This document shows positions 38,861-51,741 of a stretch of DNA of 64,000 bases, piece after piece. Origin of the DNA: Octopus vulgaris (Eukaryota); assembly GCA_951406725.2 (NCBI GenBank), contig OX597831.1:71796001-71860000 (forward strand), given 5' to 3'. The position numbers and the translations under genes are program-made. How positions within the stretch are numbered: the first letter of the stretch is position 1; every line of letters begins with the position of its first letter. The notes under the pieces are model-generated. The model was not told the DNA's origin. It made no database searches and saw nothing but the letters and a program-made list of their open reading frames with translations.

Positions 38861-40085
38861 TATGTATGTATGTATGTACGTATGTATGTATGTATGTATG
38901 TATGTATGTATGTATGTATGTATGTATGTATGTATGTACGTACGTACGTATGTATGTATGTATGTATGTATGTATGTATGTACGTACGTACGTACGTATG
39001 TATGTATGTATGTATGTATGTATGTATGTATGTACGTATGTATGTACGTATGTATGTATGTATGTATGTATGTATGTATGTATGTATGTACGTACGTACG
39101 TATGTATGTATGTATGTATGTATGTATGTATGTATGTACGTATGTATGTATGTATGTATGTATGTATGTATGTATGTATGTATGTACGTACGTACGTACG
39201 TATGTATGTATGTATGTATGTATGTATGTATGTACGTACGTACGTATGTATGTATGTATGTATGTATGTATGTATGTATGTACGTATGTATGTATGTATG
39301 TATGTATGTATGTATGTATGTACGTACGTATGTATGTATGTATGTATGTATGTATGTATGTATGTATGTATGTACGTATGTATGTATGTATGTATGTATG
39401 TATGTATGTATGTATGTATGTACGTACGTACGTACGTATGTATGTATGTATGTATGTATGTATGTATGTATGTATGTATGTACGTACGTACGTATGTATG
39501 TATGTATGTATGTATGTATGTATGTACGTATGTATGTATGTATGTATGTATGTATGTATGTATGTATGTATGTATGTACGTACGTATGTATGTATGTATG
39601 TATGTATGTATGTATGTACGTACGTATGTATGTATGTATGTATGTATGTATGTATGTACGTACGTACGTACGTATGTATGTATGTATGTATGTATGTATG
39701 TATGTATGTATGTATGTACGTATGTATGTATTATGTATGTATGTATGTATGTATGTATGTATGTATGTACGTACGTATGTATGTATGTATGTATGTATGT
39801 ATGTATGTATGTATGTACGTACGTACGTACGTACGTATGTATGTATGTATGTATGTATGTATGTATGTATGTACGTACGTACGTATGTATGTATGTATGT
39901 ATGTATGTATGTATGTATGTACGTATGTATGTACGTATGTATGTATGATGTATGTATGTATGTATGTATGTATGAACGTATGTATGTATGTATGATGTAT
40001 GTATGTATGTACGTATGTACGTATTATGTATGTATGCATGCATGTATATACGCGTGTATGTATGTATGTATGTATGTATGTATGC
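38861..40085. repeat. ~1.2-kb (TATG)n array with interspersed (TACG) variants
   Basis: Direct observation; preceded by (TG)n at ~38560-38775. Confidence 0.98.
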
Positions 40086-40714
40086 GTGTGTATGTGTATG
40101 TATGTAGGTATGCATATAAGTATGTATTATGTCTACTATATACGCATGAATGTGTGTATGAACGCATATATATTTCGATATATGTATTGTATGTATACAT
40201 ATAGATGTGTATGTAGGTATGTTTGTATGCATGCAACTATATTTATGTAAACATGTAAGCATGCATATACGTATGTATGTGGTTATGTATGCATGTACGT
40301 ATGTATACACGCAAGTATAAATAGAAATGTGTATGAATGTATGTACGTACGTGGATAAGTATATTTCTCTTGCGTGCGACTATATGCGTTTGTTTATATA
40401 TTTTGATTTTGTAACTGAGATATTATGTTAGATGTATAAGTAACGTGATTTGCTGGTTAATTTCACGTTCAAATCCTCCCAATACGCCAAGATGCTTCAC
40501 TTCCTCACACATGTTTAATAAAAGTCATAAGTGTCAGCATTAGTTTACTAATAACGTCTCGGGTCATTTGGATTCGTTTACAAGAAACCTTCATACACAT
40601 CGCGCGCACACACACACTTAGATAGGCATATATATATATATATGCATATATATATATAAAGGTTCGTTAATATCGAATATAAATCTTGTTCCAATCTATC
40701 CATCCGTTCATGCA

Positions 40715-40742
40715 TCCATCTATCTATCTATCTATCAATCTT

Positions 40743-40813
<71 letters not shown>

Positions 40814-40858
40814 GCCTACCTGCCTGTCTGTTTGTCTATCTATCTATCCATCTATCTT

Positions 40859-40941
<83 letters not shown>

Positions 40942-40967
40942 ATCTATCATATATCTATCTATCTATA

Positions 40968-41012
<45 letters not shown>

Positions 41013-41038
41013 ATCTATCATCTATCTATCTATCTATC
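40715..41038. repeat. (CTAT)n microsatellite
   Basis: Direct observation. Confidence 0.96.
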
Positions 41039-41110
41039 TGCGCATATTGAAACAGCGTCTACAACATTTGAATAATATGTGTGTGTGTGTGTGTGTATAC
41101 ACACACATAC

Positions 41111-41154
<44 letters not shown>

Positions 41155-41338
41155 GCGCATACATACCTACACAGACTCGCACAGACTCTCACAAATATAT
41201 GTATATGTTGGAACACTTATAGTATTTGATATTAATGAACCGTAATGTGTGTGTATGTGTATTTGTGTGTATGGTTCTATGTATAAACACACACATATAT
41301 ATATATATACATATGTACATATATATGCATATATATGC

Positions 41339-41415
<77 letters not shown>

Positions 41416-41723
41416 GAGAGAGGGGCGGGTTAGAGAGGGAGAGAGAAACATTGGGAGTGAGTCGATGATTGACTTTTTTGGTAATCAATTAAGCAATCAT
41501 GTAAATGCTTCCGAATTGAAAGCGTGTGGCACGAACCTCTGAGTAGCAAGAGAACCAACTATTCACCGATTCCTTATATATTGAAAGTATACACCATACA
41601 TGGAGTACTGTTTTGTTTGCTTACAGAAATGTCAGTGTCCATATCTGTGCATGTATATATATATACAGGCATATACAGACACATACAGATACATACACAT
41701 ATCTATCTATCTGTCTGTCTGTC

Positions 41724-41726
<3 letters not shown>

Positions 41727-41755
<29 letters not shown>

Positions 41756-42101
41756 TGTATGTATGTATGTATGTATGTATGTATGTATGTATGTATGTAT
41801 GTATGTATGTATGTATGTATGTATGTATGTATGTGTGTGTGTATGTATGAATGAATGCATGTATGTATATATATATGAATGTATGTATGTATGTATGTAT
41901 GAATGTATGTATGTATGTATGAATGTATGTATGTATGTATGGAAGTATGTATGCATGAATGCATGTATGTATGTATATATGAATGTATGTATGTATGTAT
42001 GTATGTATGTATGTATGTGTGTATGTATGTATGTATGTACGTGCGTATGTATGTATGCATGCATGTATGTGTGTATGTATGTATGCATGCAAGCATGTAT
42101 G

Positions 42102-42132
<31 letters not shown>

Positions 42133-42510
42133 GTATGTATGTATGCATGTATGTATGTATATATGTATGTACGTACGTATGTATGCATGCATGTATGTGT
42201 GTATATATGTATGCATGCAAGCATGTATGTATGTATGAATATATGTGTGTATGTATGTATGTACGTATGTATGTAAGTATGTATGTATGCATGTATGTAT
42301 GTATATATGTATGTACGTACGTATGTATGAATGTATGTATGTATGTATGTATGAATGTATGTGTGTATGTATGTATGTATCTATGCATGAATGCATATAT
42401 GTATGAATGTATGTATGTATGTATGCATGTATGTATGTATGGAAGTATGTATGTAAGTATGTATGTATGAATGTATGTATGCATACATATATGCATGTAT
42501 GTATGTATAT
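41727..42510. repeat. Degenerate (TATG)n array
   Basis: Direct observation. Confidence 0.96.
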
Positions 42511-43002
42511 ATGTGTGTGTGTGTGTAAGCATGAATATACGCATGTTTGATTATGTTTCTCAGTGTGGGTGCGGAAGAGAGAGAGAGGGAAAGAGAGAAA
42601 GAGAAGAAGAAAGCGTGAGGAGAGTGAGGGAGTGATAATCACCAGAAGACTAGTATCCCGCATCTGTCTGTCTGTGTGTCTATCTGTCCATCTCCCTCCC
42701 TCCCTCGCCCTCTCTCTCCCACATACACTCCTTATATCGGATGTTGAAAAATATGTTCACCTCACACCCACCTTCTAATCCTCTCACCACAACTCTACGG
42801 ACGCGCCAGGAAGAAAAGTCAGAAGAACACAAGAACGGCTTTTTTCTGTTCAATGCCATAGCAACTTGTCAGCAAGGCATGGAAGACATTCCTCAGATGT
42901 CAACACATACGCTTCCGTCTGTCTACTTAGACTTCTGCAAATATATTCATGAAACAAGCTGGGAATTGTTGACGCTAAGACATTTTTTTTTACTGCCCAG
43001 AT

Positions 43003-43397
43003 AGAGCTAAACATAGAGGGGACAAACAAGGACAGACGAAGCGATTGAGTCGATTATATCGCCCCCAGTGCGAAACTGGTACTTTATTTATCGACCCCGA
43101 AAGGTTGAAAGGCAAAGTTGACCTCGGTGGAATTTGAACTCAGAACGTAACGACAGACGAAATACCTATTTCTTTATTACCCACAAGGGGCTAAACACAG
43201 AGGGGACAAACAAGGACAGACAAAGTGATTGAGTCGATTATATCGACCCCAGTGCGTAACTGGTACTTATTTAATCGACCCCGAAAGGATGAAAGACAAA
43301 GTTGACCTCGGCGGAATTTGAACTCAGAACGTAACGACAGACGAAATACCGCTAAGCATTGCGCCCGGTGTGCTAACGATTCTGCCAGCTCGCCACC
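43003..43397 (-). mobile_element. S2 SINE with a 184-bp tandem repeat of its 3' portion
   Basis: GCTAAACA.AGAGGGG occurs at ~43006 and 43190; the junction is identical to the 37.5-kb locus. Confidence 0.85.
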
Positions 43398-43483
43398 TCT
43401 ACCGAAACCTTTTTCTTTCCGCCACTTTTCTGCCCTCTTTTTGTCTTTCTCTCTCCCTCTCTCTCCCACCCACTCTTTTCCTC

Positions 43484-43517
<34 letters not shown>

Positions 43518-44282
43518 TCTCTCCATCTCTTTTCCCTCGCTCTGTCTCACTGCGAAACACAGAGTTACTCACGGAGCTGCTTTCATGTTCGAGCATCCTC
43601 TTAAGTTCGAATCGTCTGTGTGCGATCGACCGACCGACCAACCGACCGACCGACCTATCGAACGGCCGACCGAACGAACGAAAGCGAGGTCCCATTATGG
43701 AAACTTTGTTAATCTAAATTAATACGAGCATGTATGTGTGTGTGTGTGTGTGCCTCTTTTTACTGCTTGACGACCGGTGTTGGTGTGTTTGCACCTCTGC
43801 AACTTAGCGGTTCGGCAAAAGGATCGATTGAATTAGTACTGGGGGCGATTCATTCTTCAAAGGAGTACCCCAGCATGTCCGCAGTCTGATGACTAAACCA
43901 AGTAAAAGATAAAAGATCTAACATCGAATTGAAATTTGATGCTTACCAAACAATATAATTCAAAGTTACAACAATGAAGTTGGCAATTTCATTCTAATCT
44001 CGCTTTAATCCACCACAAGATCCGATCCTTGTTCCGTATTTTTCGTGTTTCAATGACCCTGAAAGTTATGTCAGTGGTTGAGTGGGGAGCTCTCATGTTA
44101 GATAAGTTGAAGAAGAGAAGTTAAACTAACACGGACCACTACTTTCCACAATTAAAGCCACGTACTTACTCTATCAGTCTTTTTTGCCGAAGCGCTAGAT
44201 ACGGGGACGTAAACACAACACCGGTTATCAAACGGTGGTGGAGGACCACTGGACACAATGACACACACACATTTATATATGC

Positions 44283-44340
<58 letters not shown>

Positions 44341-44402
44341 ACATATATACATATATGTATATATATATGTACGTTCAATCAAATAATTATATATATATAA
44401 GA

Positions 44403-44496
<94 letters not shown>

Positions 44497-44530
44497 TTAT
44501 ATATATAGCATATATACACACACACACAGT

Positions 44531-44589
<59 letters not shown>

Positions 44590-44591
<2 letters not shown>

Positions 44592-44732
44592 TGAGGATTA
44601 AGTAGATAGGCAGCCGACAGCTGATGAAGGGTCATTCTTTATGTTGCTTGTCCTATTTTCCATTTGTTTCTCTCGTTGTTTGTGTATTCAACTCATGTTG
44701 TTTACTGTTTGTGACGTCCTGTACTCATATAT
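44590..44732 (+). mobile_element. 5'-truncated copy (D) of the permuted-hammerhead element
   Basis: CAGC-CGACAG-CTGATGA-AGGGT...GTGACGTCCTGTACTCATATATGC is the reverse complement of the copy B/C ends; starts at a (TA)n. Confidence 0.65.
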
Positions 44733-45189
44733 GCATATATATAGTGTGTGTGCAAATATATACATATTTATGCGTATATGTGCATATATAATATAACTGG
44801 AAGAACAAGTCGCTACAGTTGATACCTGACGTCCCAGTCAAGCCATTATGTATAAACATTTCGCGCAAAAAAGGATTGAATTCTTTCCTTAGAACATATT
44901 TGTTGCAGGTTATGATTTATAATTTAACAACCTTGACATTAATAGTTTTCTGTTATTTCCCAGTTGACCTATTTTCTTTTATTTAATGACCGCCCACTCA
45001 TTAAATGTTTCTGTTATGAATAGTGTCTCATAAGTCACAAACCAGTTGCGTGATCAGCCGCACACTTATTAACAGGAAGACATCTCAGCTCTATACACAC
45101 AAGTCATATATAGATGTATATAGTGTTGTGTCTGGGGAGAGTCTTTCTCCTTTTTAGCAAAATTTCCATTCATTTACTTATTTATTTTT

Positions 45190-45226
45190 CTAAAATTTTC
45201 GTTGCGTCTTGCAAGCTTTTCAATAG
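45190..45226 (-). ncRNA. Minimal hammerhead-like motif with U3-A8 core
   Basis: CTA-TTGAAAA-G-cTTGC-AAGAC-GCAAc-GAAA-ATTT-TAG. Confidence 0.35.
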
Positions 45227-45314
45227 TTGTTGACTCTGAGTTAAATCATAAGGCACCAAATGAGAATAACTCTCTCCAGACACATGAACTTACATAATAA
45301 GAAATCCAGAAAAG

Positions 45315-45388
<74 letters not shown>

Positions 45389-45478
45389 TTGTAGAGATAC
45401 CCGGCGTTGCCCATGTTACATGCAACTGAAGAATTAGACTTTTCTATTATATTGTCTCAAGTGAACTGGAATACCTAT

Positions 45479-45888
45479 TACTCTTTTACTCCTTTACTTG
45501 TTTCAGTCATTTGACTGCGGCCATGCTGGAGCACCGCCTTTAGTCGAGCAAATCGACCCCGAGACTTATTCTTTGTAAGCCCAGTACTTATTCTCTCGGT
45601 CTCTTCTGCCGAACCGTTAAGTGACGGGTGCGTAAACACACCAGCATCGGTTGTCAAGCGATGTTGGGGGGACAAACACAGACACAAACACACACATACG
45701 CACATATATGCATATACATATATACGACAGGCTTCTTTCAGTTTCCGTCTACCAAATCCACTCACAAAGCATTGGTCAGCCCGGGGCTATAGCAGAAGAC
45801 ACTTGCCCAAGATGCCACGCAGTGGGACTGAACCCGGAACCATGTGGTTGGTAAGCAAGCTACTTACCACACAGCCACTTCTGCGCCT
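45479..45888 (-). mobile_element. SINE family S1, full length
   Basis: Complete head and tail. Confidence 0.88.
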
Positions 45889-46867
45889 ATGATTCGAATT
45901 TCATCAAAATTGCAGATGAGGGTTATTTCCCTCTTTACACACCCTAAAAAACTGTAATCATGATACACGTATTTTATGCGCAAATTCCAAAATCCCAGTC
46001 TTACAGAACCTGTTAAAAGGATTGTGCTCCTGAAAATGGAGGTCATGGAGCTCTAAAATGCGAGAGTTAAGGGTGGGCGTCTTGATGTCAACCAGAGAAG
46101 TTGAATTGTTGAGAATCTTTTTAACTTAGGTCTTATATCTATTGTTTGAATTTCTTTGAAAGAGGAAATATATGTATGTTCACTGGGTTTGTAAAAGCGA
46201 GCAAAGCTACAGGAAACCAAAAGACGAATGATCACAATAAGCAGTCAGTTACCCCACTCTAGTCGTTACCACTCCCAATGTAGGATTCCTCACCATACAG
46301 GTGACAGGCACAGCCGTAAGATGCATTACGGATCTATAGCAATTGGAAGGGCGTGACCCAACTGAAATAAACATTAACAACTGTATGACGTGAGAGCTAA
46401 GGAGAAATGAAAGTGTCACCTCTGGAGTTTGCAAATGATCATTATACTGATACATAACTGGACAGAATAAATTTACAATCTATAAATGTCTTTAAATAAC
46501 CAGTCACTCATCTTGGAAGGCCTTGAAATCAATGTTACCATCTGGGGAGTCTGTGTGACCTAATGATAATAAAAAGACTGAAAAGAGGTCTGCAATCAAG
46601 TAACTTTACTCAACACTTTACAACTGAAGAAGTGGAAGCAAAGATGTCTCTCATTTACTTGACAATTTATGCACCAAATTGAAGAAATCACGATCTAAGT
46701 ATATCTCAAAGCAAAATCTTACACTGTTGTACCATTGAATTACAAATAATGCTCATCTTTTTAGAAAGTTGAAAGACACTAACCTTTGGGAAGAGATTTC
46801 ACAAAATGTGTGTAGGCTTTGCTTTTATAGATGTGCAAGAGCTTTCAGTTCTTAACGTTTTCAAACA

Positions 46868-46996
46868 AGTGTTATTATATATAGTGAAAGTTGTTTTCAG
46901 TAAAATTGCTGTTGACTATTTCAGGTTTAGTTTCGGATAGACTTTCTAAAAGTTTCTTTTCTCAGTCTTAACTCTTTGAGAAAAGAATCTTCTCTC

Positions 46997-47042
<46 letters not shown>

Positions 47043-47206
47043 ACGCAGGAGTGGCTGTGTTGTAAGTAGCTTGTTTACCAACCACATGGTTCCGGGTTCA
47101 GTCCCACTGCGTGGCACCTTGGGCAAGTGTCTTCTACTATAGCCTCGGGTCGACCAAAGCCTTGTGAGTGGATTTGGGAGGCGGAAACTGAAAGAAGCCC
47201 GTCGTA

Positions 47207-47252
<46 letters not shown>

Positions 47253-47374
47253 TACGACGGTTTGGTCGGCCCGAGGCTATAGTAGAAGACACTTGCCCAA
47301 GGTGCCACGCAGTGGGACTGAAACCGGAACCATGTCGTTGGTAAACAAGCTACTTACAACACAGCCACTCCTGC

Positions 47375-47415
<41 letters not shown>

Positions 47416-47539
47416 GAGAGAAGATTCTTTTCTCAAAGAGTTAAGACTGAGAAAAGAACCTTTCTAGAAAGTATCCGAAACTAAACCTGAAATAGTCAAC
47501 AGCAATTTTACTGAAAACAACTTTCACTATATATAATAA

Positions 47540-47543
<4 letters not shown>
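46868..47543. repeat. Inverted duplication, ~285-bp arms (46868-47158 / 47261-47543), inside an S1 SINE
   Basis: Flank plus SINE head are re-copied in reverse inside the SINE's TA tract. The SINE resumes at ~47587, and a further inverted head lies at 47770-47932. Confidence 0.9.
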
Positions 47544-47587
<44 letters not shown>

Positions 47588-48945
47588 GTGTGTGTGTTTG
47601 TGTGTCTGTGTTTGTCCCCGCAACATTGCTTGACAACCGATGCTGGTGTGTTTATGTCCCCGTTACTTAGCGGTTCGGCAAAAGAGACCGATAGAATAAG
47701 TACTGGGCTTACAAAAGAATAAGTCGAGTTGCTCGACTAAAGGCGGTGCACATATATACATATACGTATATACGACGAGCTTCTTTCAGTTTCCGTCTTC
47801 CAAATACACTCACAAGGCTGTGGTCAGCCCGAGGCTATAGTAGAGAACACTTGCCCAAGGTGCCACGCAGTGGGACTGAACCCGGAACCATGTGGTTGGT
47901 AAGCAAGCTACTTACCACACAGCCACTCCTGCGACTATATAGATATTATTTTTGTCTTTAAATTGGTCAATTAAAACCAAATTGATCTATTAAAGACAAA
48001 AATAATAGCTATTCTACAGATTGGAAATTAATTAGTACAGCTAAGCTTTATCGAGTAGGGAAATAGCTGTGCCGCCGTGTATCGAACTCATGGCCTAACT
48101 ATCTTGAGCCACTTATCCTTACCACTTAGCCACACATGCGAGCACATATAAGCAATGCCTATGTATACATATATATGAAATATAATACATATATATATTA
48201 TATATAAATTTTAATTATATATGTAATATATATGTATATATACACACGCACATACACAGACACACACTGACACGCAAGCACACAAACAAACACACACATA
48301 CACACATACTTTCATAACCACATGCACAAATACACATTCAGACGTATGTGTGGATGTATTCATTCATGTTTGTTTGTGTGTGTGTGTGTGTGTATGTGTG
48401 TGTGTGCGTGTGTGTGGAGGTATTTGCGTAGTATGCAGGGCGTTTCGTTTGTCGGTGGGTGTATATTTATGTGCGTTTTCCGCTACTTAGTGTGTCAACA
48501 GTTATCTGTTGTGTGTGGTTACGCACACACATATATAAATGGGCAAATACATACATACATGTATTTTTACTCACACATACAACGCATTAAAGGTTCTTAC
48601 GAATTACTGAGCGAAAAATGGAGATATGAATGCATTCAAGCGTACAATTGAATGTTTAATTTGCTTAGTGAGGATATATAAAGCCTACCGCCAATGCGTG
48701 TTTACGTGTGTGAGTATCTGTGTTTGAATGTGTGTGTGTGAGAGAGAGTGTAAGAGCGTCTGATGTATGTGAGTGTGTCTGCATAAGTGTATGTGAAAGC
48801 CTTTATATTTGTATGTATGCCTAGAATAAATTCAAATTCCTCTATTATACGCATAGTAACACAAACAATACACCAATGCTACTTTAGATATCTATCTATA
48901 TTTACGTTTATAGATTCAAATCTTTTCATAGATATGCATATACAT

Positions 48946-49019
<74 letters not shown>

Positions 49020-49024
<5 letters not shown>

Positions 49025-49222
49025 TAATCCAAACATGAAAACACAAAGAGAAAACACAACAACGCGAGGACGTGGGACAAATATAGTATTATTGGAAGGA
49101 AGGGAAGAAGAAGGGTTTAACGTTTCGAGCAGAGCTCTTCGTCAGAAACATAGAAAAAGGAAACATCCAGAGAAGGGAAGACGGAGGAAAAAAATCGCCA
49201 ACGGTACACACACGGTCACACA
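49020..49222 (-). mobile_element. Family F1 element with canonical-core minimal hammerhead at 49115-49149
   Basis: GTTT-CTGACGA-A-GAGC-TCT-GCTC-GAAA-CGTT-AAAC. Confidence 0.78.
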
Positions 49223-49260
49223 TATATAAACATATAAACAAATTATTATTGATATATATA

Positions 49261-50027
49261 TAATAGAAATATTAAAATAACTAAGTCTCTCTAAAAGAGA
49301 ACAGCGGCAGCGTTCCCGGAAAATAACAGTTATCGCCATACTAATATGGCATTCTTATAAAAATAAGAAAAAAACCGTCCGCTTATTAGCTCCATGAGGC
49401 CATCGCCTTAAGTTAGCTATTTGATACACAAACTGTATCCATATAACCTTCGAACAAGGGAGGTCAGTCGCTCCACACTACTTGACCGGCAGCTACAGAC
49501 GCGTTTCGGGGTATTGCCCCTTTTCAATGACCTCCCTTGTTCGAAGGTTATATGGATACAGTTTGTGTATCAAATAGCTAACTTAAGGCGATGGCCTCAT
49601 GGAGCTAATAAGCGGACGGCTTTTTTCTTATTTTTATAAGAATGCCATATTAGTATGGCGATAACTGTTATTTTCCGGGAACGCTGCCGCTGTTCTCTTT
49701 TAGAGAGACTTAGTTATTTTAATATTTCTATTATTGAAAAAAGTGGATGTATTCCACCGAAACTAGGTAAATAAAACCATCGAACAGAGATTGTCGGAAG
49801 CGACACCTACTGGCTGGCTACGCTGCATTGAAAAGGGGCAATACCCCGAAACGCGTCTGTAGCTGCCGGTCAAGTAGTGTGGAGCGACTGACCTCCCTTG
49901 TTCGAAGGTTACATGGATACAGTTTGTGTATCAAATAGCTAACTTAAGGCGATGGCCTCATGGAGCTAATAAGCGGACGGTTTTTTCTTATTTTTATAAG
50001 AATGCCATATTAGTATGGCGATAACTG
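49261..50027 (+). mobile_element. Retrozyme-like / PLE pseudo-LTR element: 361-bp unit, partial tandem plus inverted copy
   Basis: TGACCTCCC occurs at 49528 and 49889 (period 361). 49261-49529 is a reverse-complement copy of the unit. Both ends lie in (TA)n. Confidence 0.8.
49822..49863 (+). ncRNA. Type I minimal hammerhead with U3-A8 compensatory core
   Basis: GCTGCA-TTGAAAA-GGGG-CAATA-CCCC-GAAA-CGC-GTC-TGTAGC; 6-bp stem I, 4-bp stem II, GUC triplet. Confidence 0.75.
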
Positions 50028-50298
50028 ATATATATATATATATCAATAATAATTTATGTGTGTGTGTGTGTGTGTGTGTGCGTGTTTGTATGTATATGAA
50101 TATCTCTATATATAAATCTATATATAAATATGTTCATGTATTATATTGGTGTATGTGTAGGGTGCATACGTAAATATGCATACAATTCATAAAATATAAC
50201 CATAAGTATATAAGAGTATGTGCGTATATACCTATGTATGTTTTTAAGCATGCGTGTGTTTGTAAGCATGTTTGCAGGAGGATGTACGTGTGTGTGTG

Positions 50299-50353
<55 letters not shown>

Positions 50354-50384
50354 ATCTATCTATCTATCTATCTATATCTATCTA

Positions 50385-50430
<46 letters not shown>

Positions 50431-50471
50431 ATATATATATTATATATATGTATATGTCTGTGTGTGTGTTC

Positions 50472-50885
50472 TTTTATTCTTTTACTCGTTTCAGTCATTT
50501 GACTGCGGCCATGCTGCAGCACAGCCTTTAGTCGAACAAATCCACCACAGAATTTATTCTTTGTTACCTTAGTACTTATTCCATCGGGCGCTTTCGTCGA
50601 ACCGCTAATTTACGGGACGTAAACACACCAATCTCGGTTGTCAAGTGATGTTGGGGGCAAACACAAACCTACAAACATATACATACATATACGACGGGCT
50701 TCTTTCAGTTTTCGCCCACCAAATCCACTCAGCAGGCTTTGGTCTGCCCGAGGCAATAGTAGAAGACACTTGTCCAATGAGCCACGTAGTGGGGCTGAAC
50801 TCGGAACCACGTGATTGGGAAACAAGCTTCTCACAACACAGCCACGCCTGCATCTATACACGCACACACACACACACACACATGA

Positions 50886-50916
<31 letters not shown>

Positions 50917-51072
50917 CATACGACGGGCTCCTTTCCGTCTTCCAAATCCACTCACAATGTTTTGGCCGGCCCAAGGCTACAGTAGAAGACATGATCCAAG
51001 GTACCATGCAGTGGGACTGAACCCGGGAGTATGTGGTTGGTAAGCAAGCTACCTACCACAGCCACTCCTGCG
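50472..51072 (-). mobile_element. S1 SINE (50472-50851) plus a second head (50920-51072)
   Basis: Family motifs as above. Confidence 0.8.
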
Positions 51073-51154
51073 CGTACACACACACACACACACACACATA
51101 TAAATATCTATAAATATATATATATATCTATATATATATCAATATATATATATA

Positions 51155-51308
51155 TAGGGAGAGTTTACGCAAAAAACAAACGACGAAGACAGGTGGTGTA
51201 CGAAACAAACAGATGTATTAGTATAACACTCAGGAATAGAAGAAGTATATTTTACGTTTCGAGCCTACGCTCTTCTACAGAAAGGGACACAGAAAAAATC
51301 AAGGAGAG

Positions 51309-51310
<2 letters not shown>
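51155..51310 (-). mobile_element. Family F2 element with hammerhead-like motif at 51251-51283
   Basis: TTT-CTGTAGA-A-GAGC-GTAG-GCTC-GAAA-CGTA-AAA. Confidence 0.62.
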
Positions 51311-51371
<61 letters not shown>

Positions 51372-51372
<1 letters not shown>

Positions 51373-51576
51373 CAATCAAGGAACGGCCATAATAGGCCAT
51401 TCACCCACTAGAAATAACAGCCAAAAGCTTTAACCGCAAAATAACATCAATTCCGTAAACCAGGAGAAAATTAAAAAACATCTCCTGGTTTACGGAATTG
51501 ATGTTATTTTGCGGTTAAAGCTTTTGGCTGTTATTTCTAGTGGGTGAATGGCCTATTATGGCCGTTCTTTGATTGT
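51372..51576. repeat. Near-perfect hairpin, 96-bp arms with a 13-nt loop
   Basis: 51372-51467 versus 51481-51576; one non-Watson-Crick position seen. Confidence 0.93.
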
Positions 51577-51683
51577 GATGTTGAACTTAAAAATGGTTTA
51601 TGACTATTTAATTTTTTCCCACTAGGCCGCTGGTGGCAAAAGAATTCTACAAAATTTTTTTTTTTGCCACCCTATATTGATTG

Positions 51684-51741
<58 letters not shown>

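Noticed and set aside
38548-42663. Long ORFs (up to 489 aa) of MYVC/HTYI repeats
   Set aside because: Translations of (TATG)n microsatellite; open in several frames on both strands.
46200-46850. Possible decayed RTE-type LINE (GFAFIDV..-like peptide)
   Set aside because: Too degraded to support by eye.
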